A DNA stretch of 24,000 nt from Acaryochloris marina S15. Its GTDB lineage: Bacteria > Cyanobacteriota > Cyanobacteriia > Thermosynechococcales > Thermosynechococcaceae. The position numbers and the translations under genes were made by a program. The stretch spans positions 44,602-68,601 of the forward strand of contig NZ_CP064927.1 in NCBI RefSeq assembly GCF_018336915.1, in the 5' to 3' direction. This document shows, piece by piece, positions 6,229 through 14,605 of the stretch. The notes below the pieces were generated by a model, which was given only the letters and a program-made list of their open reading frames with translations, searched no databases and was not told the DNA's origin. Positions within the stretch are counted from its first letter, which is position 1. Each line of letters starts with the position of its first letter.

Positions 6229-8627
6229 TCCTCAGATCGAATGAGCTTGAGTTGGGCTTGCTGTAATGCTTTAGCTTTGGACGAATTATCTTTGAGTTCC
6301 TGATAGAAGGCTGAAATGAGTTCTGTTGTTGCACTTGAATCGGCTAGCCATAGAGAGGCTAGCGTATTTCTAGAGCCTGCTTGTGTGGCTATTCCGGCTA
6401 AACCGAGAGCAGACTTCTTATCGCCCTTAGCCGTCTGACATGCGCTGAGGATCAGCAATTCCAAAGAGGCATGACCATTATGACGCTTCCTGTTGAGCAT
6501 ATTGTGGAATTCCAGGGCATTGATGGGCTGGTTGTAGGCCAGCAGCATTGTTTTTGAGAGATCTGAGCTAAATAAACCGTGAGTGGCGATGTGAACGACC
6601 TCTGTATCCTGACGTAGAGCGGTTTCTAGTCGATCTGTTGTGAACTCATGATTGAGTAATGAAGACTCTAAATTAGAGGCTTTGGCGACACCCTCAAGTT
6701 CAGCCTCCACTTCAGGCAAAGGATTGAGGTTGCTAGGGACGTTGGGCTGATTAAAGCTGGGGGCTGAATTCGAGAGTCCAGCAAACAGGACATTCATCTG
6801 ACTCAGATCTTTGGTCTGAGCTTGTCTGAGCTGAACGCTTAGAGCGGTCTGCACAGGGTATTTTTCAATCAGATAGGTTTGCCCATCATGTAAAAGCCCC
6901 ATCGGTAGATTTTGGAAGTGGCTATCTAGATGAAAGATGAGTGAACCTGATGTCGGTAGATATTGCTTGATGGGGCCTAAGATTTGCTGGTATAGTGCCT
7001 GGGAGCTTTTCTTGATTCGTGATTCAGAAATTAGATAGGTGTTGTCATTGTCCAGCATAACGACGAGATTAAATACCTCCTCCATCACGATCTCTGAATC
7101 GGGTTGATGGCGATATAGCCCCTCTGAGTTTTGGACAATGATGTCAACTTTGTCCTCTAATTGGAAAATGTGAATTCGGGTGGCCGAGTCAGATTGCTGT
7201 GGTTTATTCACATTGGTGACATTGAGCCTGCCACATTTTAGATAATTTTCTAGTTCAGCCACTTGCAGTTGTTGATGAGTGGAAAGAACCAGCTCAAGAT
7301 CAGGAGATGGCGAGGCTAATAAGAGTTGTAGGTATTCTGTATAGACAGGCTCCACACTTTCTTGATAGCTAAATTGAAGGTCAGACGTTGCCGAGATGAG
7401 CTTAGTTCTTACCTGCTCCAAATGTTGGATGCTGGTGTCATAGGCGGTCAGTGCTTGAGATCGGTTTCCCTGCTGCTGGTGGATCTGGGCGATGTGCCAT
7501 GACCATTGATACGCTAGGCTATCGTCTGTATTAGCCTGGGCTAGATTGAGCGCTTGTTTAAAGACTTGCATCGCATCCTCTTGCTGCTTTGATTGCAGAT
7601 AGAGTCTGCCGAGGGTGCCATAGGCTTGAGATTTCAGCCTGGGATCATTTAGGGTATTGGCTTTCAACAGGGCAGATTTAGCATGGTTGAATGCCTCAGC
7701 TAACAAAGAATTACTGATTTTAGAGGTGATCGGTTTTTGGTCTACCTCACTCAAGAGTTGGCTTAGTTTGAGCTGTAGGTTGATAGCCTCGGCTTCAGGA
7801 AATTGGCTGAAGTCATTAGAGATTAGATTTTTGATGAGAGGGTGGATGAGAGTTTGGGAGTCTTTGCGCAATTGAACGACGTCAAAAGCGTCCGAATCAT
7901 CGAGGCTAAGAATGAGCTGGAGGCTATTCAGTTGAGCATGGATGCGATGAGTTGGGCTGGACGCCAGGTTGCCATAAAGCTTGATTGCTGATTGAGCATG
8001 TAGTTTGGCATCAAGACCCAACTGGGCTTCAGTAAGAGTATCTCTCGTTAAAGTGCGTTGACTGATAGCTCGCTTATATTGAGCGTGATAGGTATTTGCC
8101 AGACTCAATCGGATATCACGATTGGAAGGCTTCAAGCTAGAAGCATGTTGGAGGATAATCTGTGATGATTCTAGTCGTCCCAGGATTTGCAGGTTATTCC
8201 CCAGGTTGTGAAGTGCGGCCAACTGTTGAGTGGTATCTAACTTGTTATTGATCTCTATCTCTAATAGGCTCTGGTTAAGTTGTCTTCCAGATTGACTCTG
8301 GCAGTATTCATAATCAAGAGTAAGGACTTTGGTCAGAGTGGTGCAAGCGCGATAGTATTGCCCCATCTTTTTCAGAGCAACGCTTTTGTTGATGGATGCC
8401 CTGTAAAAGCCGGGTGGGTGACTGGCTTTCTTGTAAATAGAATGTGCGTTATTAAAGAGCTTTAAAGCTGTTTGGGGCTTGTTTCTCTTCAGAGATTCTA
8501 AGCCCTGCTGGATCAGCATATCCCCTTGCTGAATCTGGGATTGAGATGCGAAAGCTGGAGCAGTAAAAGTCTGACTACAGACTAGACAGAAAAGGCTAAA
8601 AAGTTGATAGGAAGGGATTTTTTTCAT
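6180..8627 (-). CDS. Secreted TPR-repeat CHAT-domain (caspase-fold) protease
   Basis: Signal peptide MKKIPSYQLFSLFCLVCSQTFTAPAFA|SQ. The N-terminal half is TPR-like (ALKLFNNAHSIYKK..., AMQVFKQALNLAQ, ALTAYDTSIQHLEQ). The C-terminal CHAT domain has a catalytic-type His (VVHIATHG) and Cys (LLILSACQTA), and the typical end HPFFWGNFILVGN. The start is 6 nt downstream of the TPS gene stop. Confidence 0.9.
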   Translation of the reverse strand: MKKIPSYQLFSLFCLVCSQTFTAPAFASQSQIQQGDMLIQQGLESLKRNKPQTALKLFNNAHSIYKKASHPPGFYRASINKSVALKKMGQYYRACTTLTKVLTLDYEYCQSQSGRQLNQSLLEIEINNKLDTTQQLAALHNLGNNLQILGRLESSQIILQHASSLKPSNRDIRLSLANTYHAQYKRAISQRTLTRDTLTEAQLGLDAKLHAQSAIKLYGNLASSPTHRIHAQLNSLQLILSLDDSDAFDVVQLRKDSQTLIHPLIKNLISNDFSQFPEAEAINLQLKLSQLLSEVDQKPITSKISNSLLAEAFNHAKSALLKANTLNDPRLKSQAYGTLGRLYLQSKQQEDAMQVFKQALNLAQANTDDSLAYQWSWHIAQIHQQQGNRSQALTAYDTSIQHLEQVRTKLISATSDLQFSYQESVEPVYTEYLQLLLASPSPDLELVLSTHQQLQVAELENYLKCGRLNVTNVNKPQQSDSATRIHIFQLEDKVDIIVQNSEGLYRHQPDSEIVMEEVFNLVVMLDNDNTYLISESRIKKSSQALYQQILGPIKQYLPTSGSLIFHLDSHFQNLPMGLLHDGQTYLIEKYPVQTALSVQLRQAQTKDLSQMNVLFAGLSNSAPSFNQPNVPSNLNPLPEVEAELEGVAKASNLESSLLNHEFTTDRLETALRQDTEVVHIATHGLFSSDLSKTMLLAYNQPINALEFHNMLNRKRHNGHASLELLILSACQTAKGDKKSALGLAGIATQAGSRNTLASLWLADSSATTELISAFYQELKDNSSKAKALQQAQLKLIRSEDYSHPFFWGNFILVGN

Positions 8628-8633
8628 CTTTCC

Positions 8634-11051
8634 TTATGACTTCTTACACATTGAGGGATCTGATGAGGTGTGTGTAGATTGAGTCTTAGTTTTTGTGATC
8701 AGGACTGTTTTGCCATTATCTTTAGTCCATCCAGTTGCTTCCACTATTGGGTTCTCTATTGGCGGTGGGGCAGTCTGCGATTTGAATGCTAATTGGAAGG
8801 TAGGAATACCCAGTATCGAATCTGTTTCTGCAAAATGACTGGGTTCTACTTGCAAAGCACCTGGCCCCATAGCAACGAATTTACTGTCTCCAGTGGAGGG
8901 GTTGCAGTCTGAGATGAGTTGAGGTGGACGCTCAACATCTGGTTTAGGTGCAGTTGTCTCTTCAGCTCCGGTTTCTTCGACATCAAGGTTGATATTGCCA
9001 TCTAACTGAAGTCCGGCGTCCGAAGATACGCTGAATTCCACCTTGGGGCCAAATATAGCTGCTTGGGCTGTGATTGAAATATTTCCCCCTTGACCTTTCT
9101 CTGCCTCCGCAGTAAAACTGCTTTCTCCTATAGCTACAACTAAATCAGAGATGGCTGTGATATTTCCTCCCGTGCCTTTTTGGGTGGCTGATGCTGTAAT
9201 TGAGCTGTCTTTGAGTAAGATGAAGTCAGCAAAAATAAAGACATTACCACCCTCACCACCAAAAGTTGCTGCACTAATGAGACTATTGTCCTCAAGGGCA
9301 ATAATGTTTGCAGAAATCTTCAGCTCTCCAGCATCGCCAGTGCCTTCATTACGGGCAGATAACTGCCCCCCATACTTGAGAAGTAGCCGGGGAGTATTGA
9401 TGGTGACACTTCCAGAATCTCCACTGGGAAGTGGGGGAAGTTTAAGAAGCTGTCGAAGTACCGGATCTACTTGAATGGCGTTAGCGGCAATTGAGCTAGG
9501 TAGACCCATTCCAGAACTACCACGAATTTCAATATATTCATGGGCATTTATTTCCAATTTGCCACTATTCCCTGAACTTGAAATCGAAACATTAACTTCT
9601 CCGCTGTCTTCTAGGATTAACTTAGAGGTATTAATCACTAAATTCCCGGAACTTCCTGATCCAAGACTTGCAGATGATAGGTTACTTGGTTGCATAAATA
9701 TAGGCTCAAATCCGGTCACCTCGACTAAATCAGCAAAAACCGAAACCTTACCACCATCCCCTCTGCCAAAAGTAGCAGAAGATAAACGTCCGCCTTGACT
9801 AATTGATAGTTGAGAAGTAGAGATATTGATATCTCCAGCCTTACCCGAACCGAAAGTAATAGTATTAATAACACTGACTCCTAAAGGATTGATTGGTGAG
9901 GTCCCTTCAAGATCCAGGTATTTGGAGGCTTTAATCGATATTTTTCCTCCATCAGTTGAGGAAAAAGTTCGAGAGGATAATCTACTCCCATCGCGTACTA
10001 CTATGGCGGGAGAAATTAGGGTGATTGGAGCGCCAGAGCCTGAATTAGTCGATTCAGAATATAGTCCTGAAGCCAATATTTCAGGCAATGAGGCATCGCC
10101 GATATCTATTAATTCTGTTGCGACTACTTTTAGTTCCTTGTCTGCGACTACTCCTTGGTTGTTCATCAAAGCCGCTGAACCCTTTAGGAACTGAATATTT
10201 CGCCCATGTACACCGATTAATGCACCACCTTGTCCAGTCGTTTCAAGTAGTGATCGGTTTGTTAAAGTGATTTCCCCAGTAGACCCTCGATCATAGATGA
10301 AAGACCTTTGGGTGTTAGAGGTGTCAAATTTCACCTGACTTTGTTTAACACTCCCTATCTCAATTCGACCTCCAGGGGCACGGATAATACCACCATCTAA
10401 AAAAACATCTCCACCTACCAAGGCAAGAGTTTTACCTGGCAACACTTGCAAGCCTCTGGGGTTATCCTTTCCCGATACAGGAAAAAATAGGTTAGCAGAA
10501 AGTTGATGTCCACTATTAGTAACGCGAATATTCCCAGGATTACTACCTAACTGAATACCTACGGGTGTTGCTACCGTCAGTAGGGGAGGAGATTGAGGGG
10601 ATAAAGCGCTGAATTGCATTCCATCAACAAATTCAATGCTATTTGCAGTAGTTCCTAGAAAAGAGCCACCGATATCTAGTTGAGCGTTCGTGCCAAATAC
10701 AATCCCATTAGGATTTAAGAGAAACAAGTTAGCAGTACTATTGGCCTTAAGGATACCGTCAATACTCGATATCGACTTGCCCGTAACACGACTAAAAATG
10801 TTTTGGATATTGGCAGCATTTTTAAAATAAGCTGTTCCACCTGTTGGCACAGAAAAATTTTGGAAGCTATGGAAAAGATTTCTTCCTCTCACAGAACCAT
10901 CCTCAATAAGGAATATATTTCCTTGATTAGTGACGCGAGAATTAACAGAGCGATCTGGAACAATTTGCCCTTGAGCAGATGTTGTCCCTAGTAGACTTAG
11001 CAAAATTACTGCTATAGCTGTTTTTTGCAGTGAAAACTCTAGGATTTTCAT
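8634..11051 (-). CDS. Two-partner-secretion (TPS / haemagglutination-activity) domain exoprotein with beta-helix repeats
   Basis: Signal peptide MKILEFSLQKTAIAVILLSLLGTTSAQG. TPS-domain motifs are GRNLFHSFQNFSV, IFSRVTGKSISSIDG and LFLLNPNGIVFG. A long Gly/Ser/Asn-rich repetitive beta-helix-type region follows. ATG 11051 is preferred over the track's TTG 11066; either is possible. Confidence 0.9.
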   Translation of the reverse strand: MKILEFSLQKTAIAVILLSLLGTTSAQGQIVPDRSVNSRVTNQGNIFLIEDGSVRGRNLFHSFQNFSVPTGGTAYFKNAANIQNIFSRVTGKSISSIDGILKANSTANLFLLNPNGIVFGTNAQLDIGGSFLGTTANSIEFVDGMQFSALSPQSPPLLTVATPVGIQLGSNPGNIRVTNSGHQLSANLFFPVSGKDNPRGLQVLPGKTLALVGGDVFLDGGIIRAPGGRIEIGSVKQSQVKFDTSNTQRSFIYDRGSTGEITLTNRSLLETTGQGGALIGVHGRNIQFLKGSAALMNNQGVVADKELKVVATELIDIGDASLPEILASGLYSESTNSGSGAPITLISPAIVVRDGSRLSSRTFSSTDGGKISIKASKYLDLEGTSPINPLGVSVINTITFGSGKAGDINISTSQLSISQGGRLSSATFGRGDGGKVSVFADLVEVTGFEPIFMQPSNLSSASLGSGSSGNLVINTSKLILEDSGEVNVSISSSGNSGKLEINAHEYIEIRGSSGMGLPSSIAANAIQVDPVLRQLLKLPPLPSGDSGSVTINTPRLLLKYGGQLSARNEGTGDAGELKISANIIALEDNSLISAATFGGEGGNVFIFADFILLKDSSITASATQKGTGGNITAISDLVVAIGESSFTAEAEKGQGGNISITAQAAIFGPKVEFSVSSDAGLQLDGNINLDVEETGAEETTAPKPDVERPPQLISDCNPSTGDSKFVAMGPGALQVEPSHFAETDSILGIPTFQLAFKSQTAPPPIENPIVEATGWTKDNGKTVLITKTKTQSTHTSSDPSMCKKS

Positions 11052-11089
11052 TATTTCAGAACTCAAGTATGTATTCTCTAGTTCAATTT

Positions 11090-12556
11090 TTAGATAGCGA
11101 ATGATGAGGGGAATTCACGACGATGAAGAATCTCATTAAAATCTTCCCATTCTTTTTGTTCCCAGGGAGTGGATTTCATCGTTGCTGCTTGAACTTTTTC
11201 CATGAAAGGTCTGCGAACTTTCTCATACTTGTTAAATGCATCGGCGATCTTATTTTTATTGTCTAAGCTATTTTCTTGAATCAGCTTAGTAATTTCGGTA
11301 GCAATAAATGCAGCATCTTCTAGTCCTTGATTCGCGCCTTGAGCTATGAAAGGAGGCATTGCATGAGCAGCATCCCCTAGTAAAACTATACGCCCGTGAC
11401 TCCAAGCAATTTGAGAATCAACCGGGGTAGTCACTGGATGAATGTAATATAGGCGATGAATTATTTTTTCAGGATTCGATAAACGTAACAGCTTTGTGCA
11501 AATTGAAGGAAAATCACCATTTTTCAATGCCTTTACTCCTAGTTCAATAAGCTCAGATGGTGATTTATCTTTCCAAGAATCCAAGTCTATAGAAGCATGG
11601 AGTAAATATCCAATAGTGTTATCTGGTCTTCGCATCAAGACCAGACGTAATTGCTCTAAATCTTGGGAATCTAACTTGATAGAATTATTATGAAGGGTTA
11701 CAAATGGATCTCCTTGAAAGCATTTAGCCTTCAGTTCTTCAATCATTGAAATCGGTATATTATTTATTCCAAAACAACCAATAGCAGCAACACCGGAATA
11801 TTGAGGTTGTGCCCATTGCCTTAAATCTGTTTTGGAATAAAGCAATTGTCGAATTGTTGAATTAACACCATCTGCTGCAATCACTAATTTGGCATATAAC
11901 GATTTTTGGTGGTCAGATTCTTGATTGGCTTGAGTCGAGTCGGAAGGATTTACATTGGATGGCATCATTTCCCAATGAGCAAATGGATTACGTGAGGTTG
12001 ATGCATCTGAAATCGTATTGACTTGCACCCATCCATCTTCTTCCTCAACATGAACGCAACGATGGTTTGCTTGAACAATATCTGGAGGGAGCAAATTTCT
12101 CAATGTTGTTTGTAAGTCAAACCAAGATAAAGAAACTCGTCCCTCTCCATAGCGCTCAAACCAACTTTCAAAATCCGTAGGAATCGAAAGAGTAATTTCA
12201 CCTTGTAAGTTTTTTTGAATCCATTTTCCTTTCTTAGCTGCTGGCTTCTCTTTTTTAACCTCGTTTGGGCTACTTGAAGACTTCTTTTCAACTGGAAGCT
12301 GATGTGCTTTTGAAGCTGTCTCCTTGATTTTCTCGTAGGCTTCTGAATCGGTATACTTAATTGCTTTTAATCCATTGGGTAATAGATCAACAACTTGCCC
12401 AACTTTACGAAATTCACTGGCTTGATCGATGACGAGGATATTTGTGATGCCTCTCTTTCGTAAGCCAATCGCTGTTGCCAAGCCCACTGGACCTGCACCT
12501 ACAATCAAGACATCATAAATTTTCTGTGGAGAACCTGAACCACTGATATCAGTCAT
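11090..12556 (-). CDS. FAD-dependent (class A flavoprotein) monooxygenase
   Basis: Rossmann dinucleotide motif YDVLIVGAGPVGLATAIGLRKRG, DG motif AADGVNSTIR, and C-terminal FAD motif GRIVLLGDAAHAMPPFIAQGANQGLEDA. The Lys/Ser-rich insert VEKKSSSSPNEVKKEKPAAKKGKW is unusual. The gene ends 23-38 nt upstream of the TPS gene on the same strand. Confidence 0.9.
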   Translation of the reverse strand: MTDISGSGSPQKIYDVLIVGAGPVGLATAIGLRKRGITNILVIDQASEFRKVGQVVDLLPNGLKAIKYTDSEAYEKIKETASKAHQLPVEKKSSSSPNEVKKEKPAAKKGKWIQKNLQGEITLSIPTDFESWFERYGEGRVSLSWFDLQTTLRNLLPPDIVQANHRCVHVEEEDGWVQVNTISDASTSRNPFAHWEMMPSNVNPSDSTQANQESDHQKSLYAKLVIAADGVNSTIRQLLYSKTDLRQWAQPQYSGVAAIGCFGINNIPISMIEELKAKCFQGDPFVTLHNNSIKLDSQDLEQLRLVLMRRPDNTIGYLLHASIDLDSWKDKSPSELIELGVKALKNGDFPSICTKLLRLSNPEKIIHRLYYIHPVTTPVDSQIAWSHGRIVLLGDAAHAMPPFIAQGANQGLEDAAFIATEITKLIQENSLDNKNKIADAFNKYEKVRRPFMEKVQAATMKSTPWEQKEWEDFNEILHRREFPSSFAI

Positions 12557-12598
12557 GGATATAAATATTTTATTGAGTTTTAAAACAGAAAGGGGACG

Positions 12599-13096
12599 AT
12601 GGAACCAGAAATAAGCAGCTATTCCCCTGCAACCTCATGTACCGAACGATACCACTTTTCGGAGACGACTTTGCGATCTCAACATTCCCTCAAACTGACC
12701 ATCAGCCTCACTCCCGAACACCTTGGGTTTCTCGCTTACACATTCCCCAACGAAGATCCTGAAGATGCCCTGATCAAACTCCTCGATAGCGCACGAAACC
12801 GAGCCATTCGCAGAGCAGAACAGCAAGTGAGAGTCCTACATCCAGGCCAAGAAGGAAGCAAAGACCAATCCGTGAGCCTAGTTGATGATGTGGTGGAGAA
12901 TCCGATCGGTGAGTTACAGGAGTTATGCCAGCATCAGCAAATCTCAATGCCCAGGTACGAGTTCGAGGAAATTTCGGAGGGGTTTCGTTGTATGGCACAG
13001 GCGATGGGATTACGGGGAGTTGGCGAGGGTACATCGAAGAAAGAGGCGAAAGCGGAGGCTGCGAAGAGACTGCTTGGCAAAGCTGCTCCAAATTAA
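12599..13096 (+). CDS. Small protein with a C-terminal double-stranded-RNA-binding motif (dsRBD) and an RHH-like N-terminal segment
   Basis: The C-terminus ENPIGELQELCQHQQISMPRYEFEEISEGFRCMAQAMGLRGVGEGTSKKEAKAEAAKRLLGKA follows the dsRBD pattern (P...L.E.c.....P.Y......F.......g....G.G.SKKeAk..AA..LL). The N-terminal LKLTISLTPEHLGFLAYTF...EDALIKLLDSARNRAIRR looks strand-helix-helix. AGGGGA lies upstream of the ATG. Confidence 0.6.
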   Translation: MEPEISSYSPATSCTERYHFSETTLRSQHSLKLTISLTPEHLGFLAYTFPNEDPEDALIKLLDSARNRAIRRAEQQVRVLHPGQEGSKDQSVSLVDDVVENPIGELQELCQHQQISMPRYEFEEISEGFRCMAQAMGLRGVGEGTSKKEAKAEAAKRLLGKAAPN

Positions 13097-13169
13097 GCTT
13101 TCCCCTGAAATCCCCCAGACCATATCCCCAAAAGCTACACTAAACCAGCCTTAGCACTGGATATCTGCA

Positions 13170-13790
13170 ATGCCTCCCCAACTCATTTCCCTGAAGTCCA
13201 AGCCACCAGCCGACCTCCCGGTGAAACCCTCGACAAACACCGAAGCACCCCCCGCATACCCAGACAAGACATCATTCCCGACCATCGACCGGAAAGACGA
13301 TCTGCCAGTGAAGCGCAAGGCGACTCCACAGCCTGAAGACGATGATCGCATCACTGAACCCACTCCCAAATACGACCGCAGCGAACCCACCGACACACGA
13401 AGAACACAGCGAGGGTATTCAGCTCGGCAAACACCAGGAAGAGTCCGACCCCCCAGAGTATCCAGAGACTTTGAGTCCAAATTCCACGCACTTGAGAAGC
13501 GTCAAAAGACTCTGATTGAGCAGACCAAGCAAAAGGGGCAGCTTGAGTATCTGACCGTTTCCCAAAGCAGTTCAGGGAAGTATTGGATCACCGTCGAGGG
13601 CAGCGGCAAGCCCTTCATCAGAATTTCGTTTGAAACGCCTGAATTTTGCTTTGAGTGTGCCTTGGAATTAGAAGACACATTCGATGTGTTGCAGGTTTTG
13701 AGTCTGCGGCCAGGGGAAACCATTGAACGGATTGAGGAGATGATCGGGGTGTGGTTGGATCGGGAGCGGGTGGCGAAGGCTTGGGGTTGA
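13170..13790 (+). CDS. Hypothetical protein: proline/charged-rich disordered N-terminal half plus a conserved ~90-aa C-terminal domain of unknown function
   Basis: 206-aa ORF. The C-terminal part (FETPEFCFECALELEDTFDVLQVLSLRPGETIERIEEMIGVWLDRERVAKAWG) has a decayed paralogous copy at 23150-23317 with mostly conservative amino-acid replacements. That supports a genuine protein family. I recognised no known domain. Confidence 0.5.
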   Translation: MPPQLISLKSKPPADLPVKPSTNTEAPPAYPDKTSFPTIDRKDDLPVKRKATPQPEDDDRITEPTPKYDRSEPTDTRRTQRGYSARQTPGRVRPPRVSRDFESKFHALEKRQKTLIEQTKQKGQLEYLTVSQSSSGKYWITVEGSGKPFIRISFETPEFCFECALELEDTFDVLQVLSLRPGETIERIEEMIGVWLDRERVAKAWG

Positions 13791-13890
13791 TTAGGGGAAG
13801 CTATTGGACGACTTGAGAATTAGCAAGCAACTCAGTTCGAGCGTTATTCCATGTGTGTACTTAGCTAAAACCTTTGACCTGCAACATCCC

Positions 13891-14421
13891 ATGAAAACAC
13901 GAATCATTCAAAAACATCTCAGGAGCTGCTCGAAAGATGAACTCATAGAGATGTTTTTAGAACTGGCTAAGGATAATGCCGCCGCTGAACGTTTCTTAAA
14001 CTCAAAAGTTGGCATCACAACCTCAGACCACAACTTTGATGAATACAAGGCGTATGTTCGCTCTGAATTTTTCCCTGTTGGGGATCATGGAGGTGGCAAC
14101 CCATCAATCGCATATCAGATGGTTCAGAAAGTCGAAGCAGAAGCAACAAGTTCTAATCAGGTGATTAATTTCATCTACTTTTGTGTTGAGGCAGGTGTGG
14201 AGTATACACTGGCCTACGGAGATATCGATGAGAAATTCTATATGGCATTTGAAGATTTGTTTGAACGGGCGGCCAAACTAGCATCTAAAAATAGATTGCA
14301 AGATAACTACTTTTCTCAGGCAAAGAATATTGTCCGAAGTACTTCTGAAATGGGTTGGGGCTTCCATGATGAGCTTTCACGAATCTTCAAAAAGTACTTT
14401 ATATCTGCGAAATATAGCTGA
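13891..14421 (+). CDS. Conserved hypothetical protein (resembles my recollection of the DUF6155 family)
   Basis: ATG 13891 (MKTRIIQKHLRSCSKDELIEMFLELAKDN...) is preferred over the track's TTG 13804. The pattern LKK.L...sKeELI....EL..., then EFFP, then FYMAFEDLFERA matches the remembered family layout. The assignment is unverified. Confidence 0.5.
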   Translation: MKTRIIQKHLRSCSKDELIEMFLELAKDNAAAERFLNSKVGITTSDHNFDEYKAYVRSEFFPVGDHGGGNPSIAYQMVQKVEAEATSSNQVINFIYFCVEAGVEYTLAYGDIDEKFYMAFEDLFERAAKLASKNRLQDNYFSQAKNIVRSTSEMGWGFHDELSRIFKKYFISAKYS

Positions 14422-14605
14422 GTAGCTGAGTTTATCATCATGCTGTTCGTCGTTTTTTGATGTTTCAATTTCCACACTCTTTTTATAATTGCTAAGATCA
14501 AGTGCTGCCCTCCTCAAGCCTTGAAATTATTCAGAAAGTGAACAAGACAAGAAAATAGTGACTTTAACTTTCATGACAACAGAATATTCTTGGGCAGAAA
14601 ATCAA

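Noticed and set aside
9151-10991. Several 60-122-aa + strand ORFs antisense to the TPS exoprotein gene
   Set aside because: They are embedded in a strongly supported 800-aa reverse-strand gene. Their low-complexity Pro/Ser/Leu-rich translations are typical of the antisense of Gly/Ser/Asn-rich beta-helix repeats.
12635-13723. Cluster of overlapping ORFs in several frames (63-109 aa) across the 12.6-13.8 kb segment
   Set aside because: These are an expected artefact of locally elevated GC content, which leaves few stop codons. The frames carrying the dsRBD motif and the paralog-supported C-terminal domain are the credible ones.
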